From IMG/VR virus record IMGVR_UViG_3300048503_000021, positions 32,254 through 96,253 of that record: a stretch of 64,000 bases of DNA. One strand, written 5' to 3'. A model generated the notes under the pieces. The model did not search any database. It worked only from the letters and a program-made list of their open reading frames with translations, and was not told the DNA's origin. Positions within the stretch are counted from its first letter, which is position 1, and each line of letters opens with the position of its first letter. Shown piece by piece: positions 46,817-55,603 of the stretch. This DNA comes from a virus. Taxonomy: Duplodnaviria > Caudoviricetes. Position numbers and translations under genes: made by a program.

Positions 46817-47065
46817 CTACGGCAGAAACCCGCAGACGATCACCTTGGCCCCGGCAAGCACGGCATCTACCGGGAAGGTTGTCTGGGTGGCGATGATCTT
46901 ATCGCCTGTTTTTTGATCGTACATGAGGTTCGAGATCTCGATCTCGTCCTCTCTGGATGTATCTACCATGTTGACGTACTTCTTGTCCAGGTGTGAAATG
47001 TCGCGATCCACCACGAAAAACAGGACATCAGCGTCAACCGAATCCCAAATCACTACCGTTTGCAT
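46817..47065 (-). CDS. hypothetical protein
   Basis: AGGAGG RBS. Confidence 0.6.
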   Translation of the reverse strand: MQTVVIWDSVDADVLFFVVDRDISHLDKKYVNMVDTSREDEIEISNLMYDQKTGDKIIATQTTFPVDAVLAGAKVIVCGFLP

Positions 47066-47091
47066 GGATTCACCTCCTGCTCTAGTCTACT

Positions 47092-48501
47092 CTATTCAAC
47101 GTGGGAGTCAAGGTTTTTGTCTCCCTTTTTCGCTTCGCACTCTGCCTTGAACTGCTCGATGAGTGCCCCCATGCCCTTCTTGGGCTGCTGCGCTGGGCCG
47201 TCGCCCAACAGCCAGTTGTACTTACCGTTCAGCACCTCACACCAATGCCCGTCCTTCAGGAACCAGTCGAACGACAAGAAGCCGCCCATCGAGTGCTTGG
47301 CGGCACAGAATTGCTCCATCTTCGCTAGCGCCTTTTCTTGTGATTCTGGGGTGAAGATGGGCTCCTTCAGCCAGTCACTCAGAACACGGTCGCTCTTGCT
47401 TCCCTTCGTCCACACCTCAACCGGCGTCCCAGACTTAACTACCTCGTTCCAGCGTAAAGCCAGCGGAGGCAAGCCGTTGTGAGGGGAGGCTGGGGGAATA
47501 TCTGGGGGAGATTTAGGGGATATGGGCTGGAGGTCGATAGGCGGCAGGCTGACGGGAGTGGATGGAAGGTCTGGTGGGTCTGTGTCCAGGCTCGCATCTC
47601 CGGTTAGCATATCCAAAAACTTACCTCCTACGATGCTGACATAATGCGGCTTATCGTCAGAAGGGCGGCTCAAATACCAGTTGCAAAAGAAGTCCACAAC
47701 CGGGCCAATCCGGTCAGATAGCACCTGATGCCCCTTCAATCGCCTTGCAAGGTTTTCCATGATGGCAACCCGCGCGGAATTTGAATTTGCCTTAATCAGA
47801 CCAGGAGCCTTAGCCACCCGCAGATAGCTCAGTAGCATCGACGCCGCAGTTGCAGCATCAGCCCAGTGTTCTTCCTCTGCGCTTGTGTTTTGCTCTTGTG
47901 TTTTTTCAGAAGGGGGTAGGGGGTTGTTTGGAGATGGTTCTGAAAGATCCCTTGAAAGATTACTTATATGTTCTGCATCGGTGCATATCGGGGTGTCGTC
48001 CGTGCATAACGGAGATGTCGTCTGTGCAGAACTGGGGACCTCATCGTTGTGCATCTGTGCATAACGAGAGGTAGGGGGTAGGTTAAGAACGACAGGTAGA
48101 GCCTTGAGCCTATCATTAAGGAGTTTGACGTTGAGTAGGTAAGAAGATGCGTCTTTCCACCCACTCACCCGCTTTACCTGAAGGTATCCTTGGTCCTCAA
48201 GGGCTTTTAGGCAATCGACAATCTTTCTTACACTGACTGTCTCCAGCGTCCAGAAATGGATGTTTCTTGCGGTGGTAGTGATCCACAGGTCGCCCTTTCC
48301 TCCGGCATCCCACAAGTCGCGCACCTTACGCCTTTGAAACATTTTGAAAACGGCCATGACTTTTGCCATGTACTCGTCTCCGTTGAAAAGTTGTAGGATT
48401 TCTTGACGAATCTCTAAGTATTGGGGGTCTTCGGTTCTCTCCCAGACACACAACTGGCTGGGGAAGGGGGTCTTCTGGGCGGATTCTGATTTCGCGGCCA
48501 C
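47092..48501 (-). CDS. phage replication initiator (lambda O/DnaD-like architecture)
   Basis: N-terminal winged helix (…LKALEDQGYL…YLLN), low-complexity linker, PNNPLPP, C-terminal SFDWFLK…VLNGKY. Confidence 0.75.
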   Translation of the reverse strand: MAAKSESAQKTPFPSQLCVWERTEDPQYLEIRQEILQLFNGDEYMAKVMAVFKMFQRRKVRDLWDAGGKGDLWITTTARNIHFWTLETVSVRKIVDCLKALEDQGYLQVKRVSGWKDASSYLLNVKLLNDRLKALPVVLNLPPTSRYAQMHNDEVPSSAQTTSPLCTDDTPICTDAEHISNLSRDLSEPSPNNPLPPSEKTQEQNTSAEEEHWADAATAASMLLSYLRVAKAPGLIKANSNSARVAIMENLARRLKGHQVLSDRIGPVVDFFCNWYLSRPSDDKPHYVSIVGGKFLDMLTGDASLDTDPPDLPSTPVSLPPIDLQPISPKSPPDIPPASPHNGLPPLALRWNEVVKSGTPVEVWTKGSKSDRVLSDWLKEPIFTPESQEKALAKMEQFCAAKHSMGGFLSFDWFLKDGHWCEVLNGKYNWLLGDGPAQQPKKGMGALIEQFKAECEAKKGDKNLDSHVE

Positions 48502-48519
48502 GGACGTACTCCTGCGTCA

Positions 48520-48533
48520 GTCTGGATACAGAC
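48520..48533 (-). promoter_or_regulatory. GTCTNNATCCAGAC motif, site 10 (extended palindrome TCAGTCTG-GATA-CAGACTGA)
   Basis: Lies in the leader of the initiator gene, next to its AGGAG RBS. Confidence 0.75.
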
Positions 48534-48595
48534 TGAGCGTTGTAGTCATTGGCGGTGGGAGTTGCGAAACGCCCCACTGCTTCAATGCCGGTTTC

Positions 48596-48661
48596 AGTAT
48601 GCGCTTGTCTTAAAATGCCGTCAAGAACTTTCTTGACTCCATAACGGAGATGGGGCATCAT
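48596..48661. promoter_or_regulatory. back-to-back divergent promoters
   Basis: - strand TTGACG-17-CATACT (48624 to 48596); + strand TTGACT-17-CATCAT (48633-48661). Confidence 0.6.
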
Positions 48662-48664
48662 AAA

Positions 48665-48740
48665 GATGCGAAACGCCCACGGACCGTTGACGTAACGGTT
48701 TTCGAGAACGCCCTCTGAGAGAGATCCCCGAGGGCGTTTT
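48665..48740 (+). ncRNA. putative antisense sRNA 1
   Basis: Lies between a promoter and hairpin AACGCCCTC…GAGGGCGTTTT; contains TGCGAAACGCCC, complementary to the rep leader. Confidence 0.45.
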
Positions 48741-48777
48741 CCTATTGACAGGCGCATTTCTCAGGGGCACACTGGAG

Positions 48778-48853
48778 TCGGCTCATAACGGATCGTCTCA
48801 ATTCTCCTCGTGGAACTGGCCCCCGGCGTCTTGGCTGACCGGGGGCTAGTTTT
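48778..48853 (+). ncRNA. putative sRNA 2
   Basis: TTGACA-17-CACACT (48745-48773), then ~75 nt ending in hairpin CTGGCCCCCGG…CCGGGGGCTAG-TTTT. Confidence 0.4.
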
Positions 48854-49652
48854 ATCTTATGACGATCCCGGCGTCTCGTTTGGGCTTGATACCAGGGACG
48901 AACTCCCCGATCTTCTCCCCGACTGTTGCCAGTTTGGCCTTGACCATCTTATCGTTGACCTGGAGGTAATCCAGGAGGGCTGGATTCTTGGCAGCGGCCT
49001 GCACCAGCGCGTTGAAGTCAGCGACTTCGTATGTGAGCTTACCCTTGCGTGTGCCCAGCCCTTCGACGGCGGGGGCGACGGGGGAGAGGACGACTTGGGG
49101 GGCCTGGACGACGAGGGGAGCGGCGGCAAGCTCCTCTAATTGGGCCTGTAACTGTTCGCCTTGGGCGGCGGGGGCTTCAGGTTGTTCCCACGGCGGCAAG
49201 TCTTCGATCTCCTTCAAGCGTTGCCGTGCGGCCTCTTCCTGTCGCCGCTTGATCTCCTCCATCTCGGCCTTGCGCTGCTCCTCAGCCTCTTTGCGGGCCT
49301 TCTCGTCGGCTTCCCGCTGGAGCTTGGCCTGAAGCTCAAGGCGCTCCCGCTCTTTGCGCTGGAGATAGGCGGTAATCTGCGCGCGGCAGTGCGCCTCTGC
49401 CGCAGCAGCGCGTTCTGTGAACTGATTACGGAGGGCCGTCAGGCTCTTGTGCGCCTTGTTCGCTGCGCTCACCGCGTCGGCAAAGGCCGCTTCGACGGCT
49501 GAGAGGTAGCCCTTCGCTGCTTTGGCATACTCGGCAGCTTGGGCACATGTCGCGTCGTCTGTCACGGCCAGCGCTATAATGGCCTGGAACTGGACGACCG
49601 GCAAGTGCGTAGTGTCTGGTTGCTGAATTACGATTGCTTGATTGTCTGGCAT
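48852..49652 (-). CDS. coiled-coil protein of the recombination module
   Basis: Long helical Ala/Glu-rich sequence; C-terminal VPGI motif. Confidence 0.7.
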   Translation of the reverse strand: MPDNQAIVIQQPDTTHLPVVQFQAIIALAVTDDATCAQAAEYAKAAKGYLSAVEAAFADAVSAANKAHKSLTALRNQFTERAAAAEAHCRAQITAYLQRKERERLELQAKLQREADEKARKEAEEQRKAEMEEIKRRQEEAARQRLKEIEDLPPWEQPEAPAAQGEQLQAQLEELAAAPLVVQAPQVVLSPVAPAVEGLGTRKGKLTYEVADFNALVQAAAKNPALLDYLQVNDKMVKAKLATVGEKIGEFVPGIKPKRDAGIVIR

Positions 49653-49655
49653 TCT

Positions 49656-50282
49656 TTACGATCTCCTTTTCTGCTTCCATTTCCACAAATTGACAGCCCC
49701 CTGCCATGCTGTGAAATCTTGCCAATCCTCATAAAAGACAGGTGGGGCATACGTCCCGTCCCCATGAATTTCCACCTTCGCCCGCAACACAGTAGCCGCA
49801 TCTTCGGGGAACGCCATTTGCGCGTAGGCCGCTAACTGAAGCTCAACTTCGCGGCCTGCGCTACCGCTCTTGATGTCCATAATGAGCCGCTTGCCCATCC
49901 AAGTGCCGCGCCGGTCGAGGGTGCCAGCGACCAGCAGGAGGGGATCGAACATCCGCTCCTCGATCCCCAGCCATTCCCATCCGTACTCCTTAGAAACGGC
50001 CTTCCACGCTTGGAGGAAGCCTAAGACGCCCTCTCCACATTGGGACTCGTCTAAGGCTATCCCCCTGTCGAAAAGCTCGCAGATCTTATGGACAGCCCGG
50101 CCCCTTATGCGATAAGGGCCTGCCGGGAAATCAGGATACAGACTCAGATCCTTGAGAATCTGGGTGACAGAAGGGAGCCTCACACCCCCAAGGGAATAGA
50201 TGTGGCTCTCCTCCTCGAAGTCGAAGTAGGGCCTCGTCACAGCTTGTGACCGTTTAGTGACTGTCGAAGCGCCTTGAGCCAT
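49656..50282 (-). CDS. PD-(D/E)XK exonuclease-like protein
   Basis: H.Y…LPSVTQIL…RG.AVH…E…AGTLD…DIKSG…QLAAY. Confidence 0.85.
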   Translation of the reverse strand: MAQGASTVTKRSQAVTRPYFDFEEESHIYSLGGVRLPSVTQILKDLSLYPDFPAGPYRIRGRAVHKICELFDRGIALDESQCGEGVLGFLQAWKAVSKEYGWEWLGIEERMFDPLLLVAGTLDRRGTWMGKRLIMDIKSGSAGREVELQLAAYAQMAFPEDAATVLRAKVEIHGDGTYAPPVFYEDWQDFTAWQGAVNLWKWKQKRRS

Positions 50283-50911
50283 GCGTTGCGGCTGGCGTTT
50301 AGCTCCATTTCCTTCTGGGCTTCTTGCTTGTAACGGGCGATGTCTCGGGCAGCGGAGGAAAGAAACGCTTGGTAATAATCAAGCGGATTCAGCGTCTTAG
50401 CTTTGGCTATCTCTTTCTCGTAATAGTCAGTGTCACCATCGTTTTCCAGGGTTGTGGTGAGTTGTTCCAGCATGAACGCCTTCAGGGGTTTGTGCTCGTC
50501 GGTTGGGACGGGCCACGCTTCCACTTGGGCGATCATCTTGAGAATCCGATCTCTGGTTGATTGGCTTTTTTCTAAGCGGCCCTGAAGCCTCTTGATCCTC
50601 TCGTTGAAGCACGCCTTCCCGTAGGCCAACGCCTTTCCGGGGAGCATTGTCTTCAGCCTATCGTACTCAGCGACGGTCTTGGAGAGAGCTTCATCGTAGT
50701 AGGAACTGCGTTTGGTCTTTTCTGGGATAGGGGCGTCTATTGAAGATATGTATGGACATGAATTCGGGTGGCACGAATACGTGGCCTGCCAGGATTCACT
50801 TGGGTCTTCGCGCATCTCAACGAGCGGCCCAAAGGCGCGGGCGCATTGCATTGCGAAGTCCTTGAATGTCTGCTCCCCATCGCAGAGCTTTGCTGTGTAA
50901 CCTGTTGGCAT
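50237..50911 (-). CDS. conserved phage hypothetical protein
   Basis: MPTGYTA…F..FA..CARAFG…MRED…W..PT.EH..LK.FM.EQL. Confidence 0.75.
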   Translation of the reverse strand: MPTGYTAKLCDGEQTFKDFAMQCARAFGPLVEMREDPSESWQATYSCHPNSCPYISSIDAPIPEKTKRSSYYDEALSKTVAEYDRLKTMLPGKALAYGKACFNERIKRLQGRLEKSQSTRDRILKMIAQVEAWPVPTDEHKPLKAFMLEQLTTTLENDGDTDYYEKEIAKAKTLNPLDYYQAFLSSAARDIARYKQEAQKEMELNASRNAWLKALRQSLNGHKL

Positions 50912-50921
50912 AATGCCTCCT

Positions 50922-51161
50922 TTATAGTTTATGGGCTGTATAGCGGCCCTTAATGTTCGTCAGGAAGAACCTACCGACCGAGGCAGCGCCCATCAGCGCG
51001 GTATGGACTGGGGGCAGAACTCCGTCGTAGCGCCAGTTCTCAGGCCCTTTCTTAGAGCCTTTGAAGGTGACGTAGAGATGTAGGTTTGCGGCGTCGTAGC
51101 CCACTTCCAGGATCATGGAAGAGTCTACTACTTGCATGTTGATTCCTTCAGGGATACTCAC
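50922..51161 (-). CDS. KTSC domain protein
   Basis: VDSSMI..VGYD…L.V.F…Y.GV…LM.A.SVGRFF..NIKG.Y. Confidence 0.85.
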   Translation of the reverse strand: MSIPEGINMQVVDSSMILEVGYDAANLHLYVTFKGSKKGPENWRYDGVLPPVHTALMGAASVGRFFLTNIKGRYTAHKL

Positions 51162-52633
51162 TTCTTTTCGCCCCTTTCTCGAAGCAGTTTAACAATGCCC
51201 GCTTCAACGTCCTGTGAAAGCGCATCTAGGGTTAAAGACTTCAGCCCTGCCTCTTTCTGGACAAGTTCGATGAGTTGGCTGGGCGGCGTATCCGCGAACT
51301 CGCGGCACAGCATAGGTCCGTCTGCTGAGTGGTGATACAGGACAAGGTAGGCGTAGGCGTCATCATTCTTCATGCCGACCAGCCCGAAGGCTTTGAGCCC
51401 ATTCAGCACCTTGTCTTCGGACATCATCGCGCGTGCCTTTAGGGTCTCGCGGGCCAGGATGGCGGTATTCAACTGCCAGCCGGTTGCCTGCATAATCTGA
51501 TCGTCTACGGGGTTGTCGGGCGGGTTAAGGGAGAATCCCCCTTCTTCGGCTTCGGCCTCTGGCTCGGGAGGCTCAGCCGCTTCCGGCATGTCCTTAATTT
51601 CCCGCATCTGAGAGCCCATCGAGGCAGCGTCTTCGAGCAGTTTCTTGCGGGCGGCTTCGTACTTGGGCAGAGTATCCACCAGAAGTTCCAGGGCTTCGTT
51701 GTACTCTTCGGGCGTCGGTTTAGCAGGGCCTTTGACGAACCAGCCTCGGAGCCAATCCTTAATGTGTTTGGGCTTGGACCCTGCAACCAGCTTCGTCAGA
51801 ATCTCGTTGCACAACTGCGTGTAGATGTCCTTAGCAGTAGGAGGGCCAGCGGGTTCGGGCGGCGGCTCGGACGCGGCGGGTTGAGCAACCGGGGTGGGCG
51901 CTTGAGTAACTGGCGGCGGCGGGGCCGTCTCGGGGGCCTTGTCAACTGGGACGGACGTTTCAGCCACCACGATCTTGAGCGACGGATCTTCCAACGCAGC
52001 AGCGTCGGCTTCGGCATGGCGCTGTTCGGAGACAGTCGCATAGCCGCTCTCGGGTTCCAAGTCTTGAAGCTCTTCCTGTGTGTACATGGACGTGCCGCCC
52101 ATATCGGCGCAGAGGGATCGGAAGGTTTCCCCGATAGCCCTTGCCCGGCACATCGCCTTGGGGTATCGCCGCCAGACATCTTTCTGGGAGAGGTTGGCGG
52201 TAATCGCGTCCTCGATGCTGAACTGGGCGACGTACTCTTCCCCTTCCCGGTTCGCTTCGATCTTGCACCCCTTATTGTCATTCTGGAGCCACTTGAACTT
52301 GACTCCGTGGGAGCGCATGATTGCCAGCATGGAGTCGGCGTACATCCCCAGGCGTCCCTCTGGGCTGAGCCAGAACGCCCGCAGGGAGAACATCGGCAGC
52401 AAGCCCATCTCCCGACCTGTCAGGACGACAGCCAAAAGCGTCCCGGCCTGCTGATCGACGGAGCGGTTGACGGTAAACGTCTTAGGGAGAAACGGAGTCC
52501 CTACCATCGCACCGCAGAATTCCTTGAGCGCGGCCATCTGCTCTTGCGAGGGCAGGCCCAGTTCGGTTGACGCGTTACGAGCAAGTGCTGTATCTGGGGA
52601 TTTGTAGATAGATACGGAAGAACCACCCATCAC
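51158..52633 (-). CDS. RecT-like single-strand annealing recombinase with C-terminal extension
   Basis: FLPK…GREMGL.PM.SL…F.IEDA..A.L..K..W..YPKAM.RARA…YT.EEL. Confidence 0.75.
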   Translation of the reverse strand: MMGGSSVSIYKSPDTALARNASTELGLPSQEQMAALKEFCGAMVGTPFLPKTFTVNRSVDQQAGTLLAVVLTGREMGLLPMFSLRAFWLSPEGRLGMYADSMLAIMRSHGVKFKWLQNDNKGCKIEANREGEEYVAQFSIEDAITANLSQKDVWRRYPKAMCRARAIGETFRSLCADMGGTSMYTQEELQDLEPESGYATVSEQRHAEADAAALEDPSLKIVVAETSVPVDKAPETAPPPPVTQAPTPVAQPAASEPPPEPAGPPTAKDIYTQLCNEILTKLVAGSKPKHIKDWLRGWFVKGPAKPTPEEYNEALELLVDTLPKYEAARKKLLEDAASMGSQMREIKDMPEAAEPPEPEAEAEEGGFSLNPPDNPVDDQIMQATGWQLNTAILARETLKARAMMSEDKVLNGLKAFGLVGMKNDDAYAYLVLYHHSADGPMLCREFADTPPSQLIELVQKEAGLKSLTLDALSQDVEAGIVKLLRERGEKK

Positions 52634-52965
52634 TCACCGCCTTTCAAAATAGAGTCTATGACATCGAACGATGCCAGGGTTGATGCTGGCGGAGCCGGGG
52701 GCGCATCCGCAGCAGCCATTTCCTTCTGAGCCTGTTGCGCCTTGGCCGTCTTCCCCGCCCGGTATTTGTTCCAGCGGGCTTGATTGGCCTTCATCGCCTC
52801 GGCCTTGCGCTCCTCCGGCGTCAATAGGGCGAAGCGGTTGTACAGCTTCCGGTGCCCCATCAGAGGTTTCATGCGCTGGCCCCACATCTTGCCAAGCGTC
52901 TTGTTGTCAATGGGATGCTGGCAGTAGGGGCACTTTACCTCAACTACTTCGTTTGTCTGTTCCAT
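52630..52965 (-). CDS. hypothetical protein
   Basis: CPYC; LTPEERK..A.KA..ARW motif. Confidence 0.65.
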   Translation of the reverse strand: MEQTNEVVEVKCPYCQHPIDNKTLGKMWGQRMKPLMGHRKLYNRFALLTPEERKAEAMKANQARWNKYRAGKTAKAQQAQKEMAAADAPPAPPASTLASFDVIDSILKGGE

Positions 52966-53274
52966 GTTCCTTTTTCCTTTGGGTCACGATGTGAGCACAC
53001 GTCTTACACCGTGGCGCTTTGCCGGGAATCTCTACAGCCTGATCCCCCCAGAACAGAACATCCGGGGCGCAGAGCGGGCTGAAACAACGGTTGCTTTTGA
53101 CTACGGCCCAGTGGACCACATCGTAAGTGGTTGGATTGGCCGTGTAAATCTCTCTTGGGGTATTTTCCAATGCTACCTCCCATTGGCAGCGTGCCACACT
53201 CGACAGGGAAACACAAGCCAAAAGTGCGACAAAATAACCCTTGACAGACTAGTAGGGTAGCAGTACCGTGGAAT

Positions 53275-53410
53275 CGAAGCTGACGCATCGCGGATCTGAT
53301 GCCTCCACGCCTGTGTTGGCTAGTTGGCGCTCCGGCCCATTCCTCAGCCGTTGAGCGCCAGCGTCTAAGGCCCTCGGGGTTTCGACACCTCGCCCCGAGG
53401 GCCTTCAATT
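53275..53410 (+). ncRNA. putative sRNA 3
   Basis: TTGACA-17-TACCGT (53241-53269), no convincing ORF, internal hairpins, 13-bp terminal stem (53367-53405). Confidence 0.4.
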
Positions 53411-53476
53411 GTCTGGATACAGACACGTAAAATGTCCCACAAAAACACTTGACATGCGAGCGGGACGTGGTAGCAT
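53411..53476 (+). promoter_or_regulatory. motif site 11 followed by promoter TTGACA-16-TAGCAT
   Basis: GTCTGGATACAGAC at 53411-53424; TTGACA at 53449-53454. Confidence 0.65.
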
Positions 53477-53494
53477 AGGGCAGTGGAGGTGAGC

Positions 53495-53707
53495 ATGAAG
53501 ATCCACGCAGATCACGAGATTAAGGCCGCTCAGGAGAGACGCGGCCAACGGCGCGACCTAGCACGGCTCAACGCAGCCGCTCCAGAATTGCTCGAAGCCC
53601 TCAAGGATTGTGTGGGTGGTCGTCTTGGGGGCCAGCCGGGGTATGTGAACGCGCTGGCGCTTCAGCGGGCAGAAGCGGCGATTCGGAAGGCTGAGGGCCG
53701 GTCGTGA
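53495..53707 (+). CDS. small phage protein (AAAPELLEAL motif)
   Basis: GGAGGT RBS; ARL.AAAPELLEALK…A.AAI.KAEG. Confidence 0.75.
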   Translation: MKIHADHEIKAAQERRGQRRDLARLNAAAPELLEALKDCVGGRLGGQPGYVNALALQRAEAAIRKAEGRS

Positions 53708-53811
53708 GCACAATTACGAAGGCTCTCCCCGATCTGTCCCGCACCCAGGCTGCGCTTGCGGCTTATGATGAGTTCGACAACAAAGCCGCATTCGAGGGGG
53801 TGACCACTCCG

Positions 53812-54957
53812 TCAGCTAAAGCAGACGGCTTCTCGCGAAACGCTTGGGTACAAACTCCCTACGTTGACTCGCGAAGGCAGAGTCCCTGCCCTTTGGAGGA
53901 TGACTTGAGAACTAACGAGATCCCGAGATCCAGACAATCCGCACTTGGGGCACGAGTGCCAGCGGTTGTTCAGCCGCTTTGGCACAGTCGCTCCGCATGT
54001 GCATGTTTGGCTCGTACCGCTCGGGTTCACAGCTACCATCTCTCGCCCAGCACTTGCAGCCTTGTACGAAAGGAACTGGTAAAACATGCCCCAACCGGCG
54101 TCGTGAACGGACTTCGCCAGCATACCGCCAGAAAGCCCCTTCACGTTCAGATCTTCGACTGCGATCAGACCAAACTTGTTGACAATCTTCCGAGACTCTT
54201 TGTGCAGGAAGTCGGCCCTCTGGTTGGAGATATGCGTGTGAACGATCTGCAACTCTTGCACGGCCTTCCTGCGCCGGTTGCTTCCCTTGCGACGTCTGGC
54301 AACCTTCCGTTGCGACCGTCTCAGTTTTGCCTGAGACTTCCTGTAGTAGCGCGGGTTTTCAATCTCCGTCCCGTCCGACAGGACGGCAAACGTCGTCAAT
54401 CCGACATCGATCCCAACGGATTCAGAGGAATCGGGGATAGGGCAAGGATCACACTCGACCGCGAAGCAGACGTACCACTTCCCGGATTGGCGCTTCAACG
54501 TCACCGTCTTAATGCGTCCCTCAATCGGGCGATGCAGTTTGACCTTGAGGAGTCCGGCCCCTTGTATGCGGAGCTTCCCATCGTCTATCAACCTGCAACC
54601 ATCTCCGTAGGAGGGGAAGGTAATGCTGTCAAAACGCTGGAACGGCTTGAACCGGGGGAAGCCAGTTTTCTTTCCTTCCCTCAGGCGACGGAAGAAGGCT
54701 TGGTATGCCTTGTCCACGCGGCGAAGGACATCCTGGCAGCAAGAGAAGTTGGCAAGTTTAACCAATCCCTCCGCCCGCATGGCCTTCAGTTGGTTGGCTT
54801 GGTCGTAGTAGTTGATCGACTTCCGGCACGTCTTCCAGGCCCCGCGCCGCTCTTCAATGGCGCAATTGTAGAGATCACACGCCTCGTTCAGTTGCCAGTT
54901 AAAGAACGCAACTTGGACTCTGGTTGGATAAACCCGATATTTGAACGAACTGAGCAT
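53812..54957 (-). CDS. tnpB: RNA-guided endonuclease TnpB (copy 1)
   Basis: FKYRVYP, GFPRFK, RuvC-I GIDVGL, RuvC-II VEDL, TSQTC..CG…CPKCG, RuvC-III RD. Confidence 0.95.
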   Translation of the reverse strand: MLSSFKYRVYPTRVQVAFFNWQLNEACDLYNCAIEERRGAWKTCRKSINYYDQANQLKAMRAEGLVKLANFSCCQDVLRRVDKAYQAFFRRLREGKKTGFPRFKPFQRFDSITFPSYGDGCRLIDDGKLRIQGAGLLKVKLHRPIEGRIKTVTLKRQSGKWYVCFAVECDPCPIPDSSESVGIDVGLTTFAVLSDGTEIENPRYYRKSQAKLRRSQRKVARRRKGSNRRRKAVQELQIVHTHISNQRADFLHKESRKIVNKFGLIAVEDLNVKGLSGGMLAKSVHDAGWGMFYQFLSYKAASAGREMVAVNPSGTSQTCTCGATVPKRLNNRWHSCPKCGLSGSRDLVSSQVILQRAGTLPSRVNVGSLYPSVSREAVCFS

Positions 54958-54958
54958 A

Positions 54959-55099
54959 TTACTTCAAGCCGAAGTAAAGAGCGAGTCTCCGAAGGGCCAT
55001 CTCAATCACCGACGCTTGGCTCAAGCCGAGCTTCTCGGACAGCAGGGACAGAAGGCGGTGGGCCTCTTCGCTCAGGCGGAATGACGTTGGATTCTTCAC
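54959..55099 (-). CDS. 46-aa ribbon-helix-helix (CopG/Arc-like) protein
   Basis: MKNPTSFRLSEEAHRLLSLLSEKLGLSQASVIEMALRRLALYFGLK; stop 1 nt before the tnpB ATG. Below the ORF-track size cutoff. Confidence 0.8.
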   Translation of the reverse strand: MKNPTSFRLSEEAHRLLSLLSEKLGLSQASVIEMALRRLALYFGLK

Positions 55100-55105
55100 A
55101 CCTCA

Positions 55106-55134
55106 ATCGTAGTCCTCTATGCGCTACTAGTCAA
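55106..55134 (-). promoter_or_regulatory. leaderless promoter of RHH-tnpB 1
   Basis: TTGACT-17-TACGAT, 6 nt before the GTG. Confidence 0.7.
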
Positions 55135-55283
55135 GCAAGAAAGGAGCGCGCATTCCTCCGTCGCCTAAAGGCGACGGTCCCCTGCGCTTAATCTATGGAC
55201 ACCTGCAAACGGTGCGTGAGGCCCGGCCAGTTCGTGCGCGAGGCGGTTGCCCGATGGGAACAGCGCAAGGCGGAGGGTCAACC

Positions 55284-55541
55284 ATGACGCAAGAACAAGG
55301 CGAGCGGTTGGCGGTCGGGGAGATCGTGCAGATCAACCCAGAGATGGATATTAACCCCATGTTCGGGGCTTGCTTGCTTGTCGTCACCGAACTGAAGTCG
55401 TGGGGTGTTATGGGATACGTCCAGGGCTTAGGCAGTGACGGCAAGATCGGGGGCCAAGCCTACATCCGGTTGCCCTTCGATCAGATCGAGAAAACCAACG
55501 GGATGGCCGTTTGGGCTATCGGGGACGAGCCGGAAGGCTGA
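55284..55541 (+). CDS. conserved phage protein (SH3-like)
   Basis: GEIVQINP…FGACL.VVTE.KSWGVMGYV…QAYIRL. Confidence 0.75.
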   Translation: MTQEQGERLAVGEIVQINPEMDINPMFGACLLVVTELKSWGVMGYVQGLGSDGKIGGQAYIRLPFDQIEKTNGMAVWAIGDEPEG

Positions 55542-55603
55542 GGGGGAAGTATGGCCGAAACAAAAGAGGATTGGGTGGCGATGATTCAGGGAGTATTGGC
55601 CCA

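Larger units (their letters stand above)
53800..55194 (-). mobile_element. non-autonomous IS200/IS605-family element (RHH + tnpB, no tnpA)
   Basis: Left-end hairpin CCGTCGCC-TTTA-GGCGACGG preceded by CCAT; right-end hairpin ending GTGGTCAC; no target-site duplication. Confidence 0.8.
53704..55287 (+). pseudogene. small gene interrupted by TnpB element 1
   Basis: Removing 53800-55194 joins …TTC GAG GGG|ATG GAC… in frame; the ORF then ends in a TGA overlapping the next ATG (55284). Confidence 0.55.

Noticed and set aside
53704-55191. 495-aa + strand ORF spanning tnpB 1
   Set aside because: Antisense shadow of tnpB fused to the interrupted gene's 5' end; it has no protein-like motifs.
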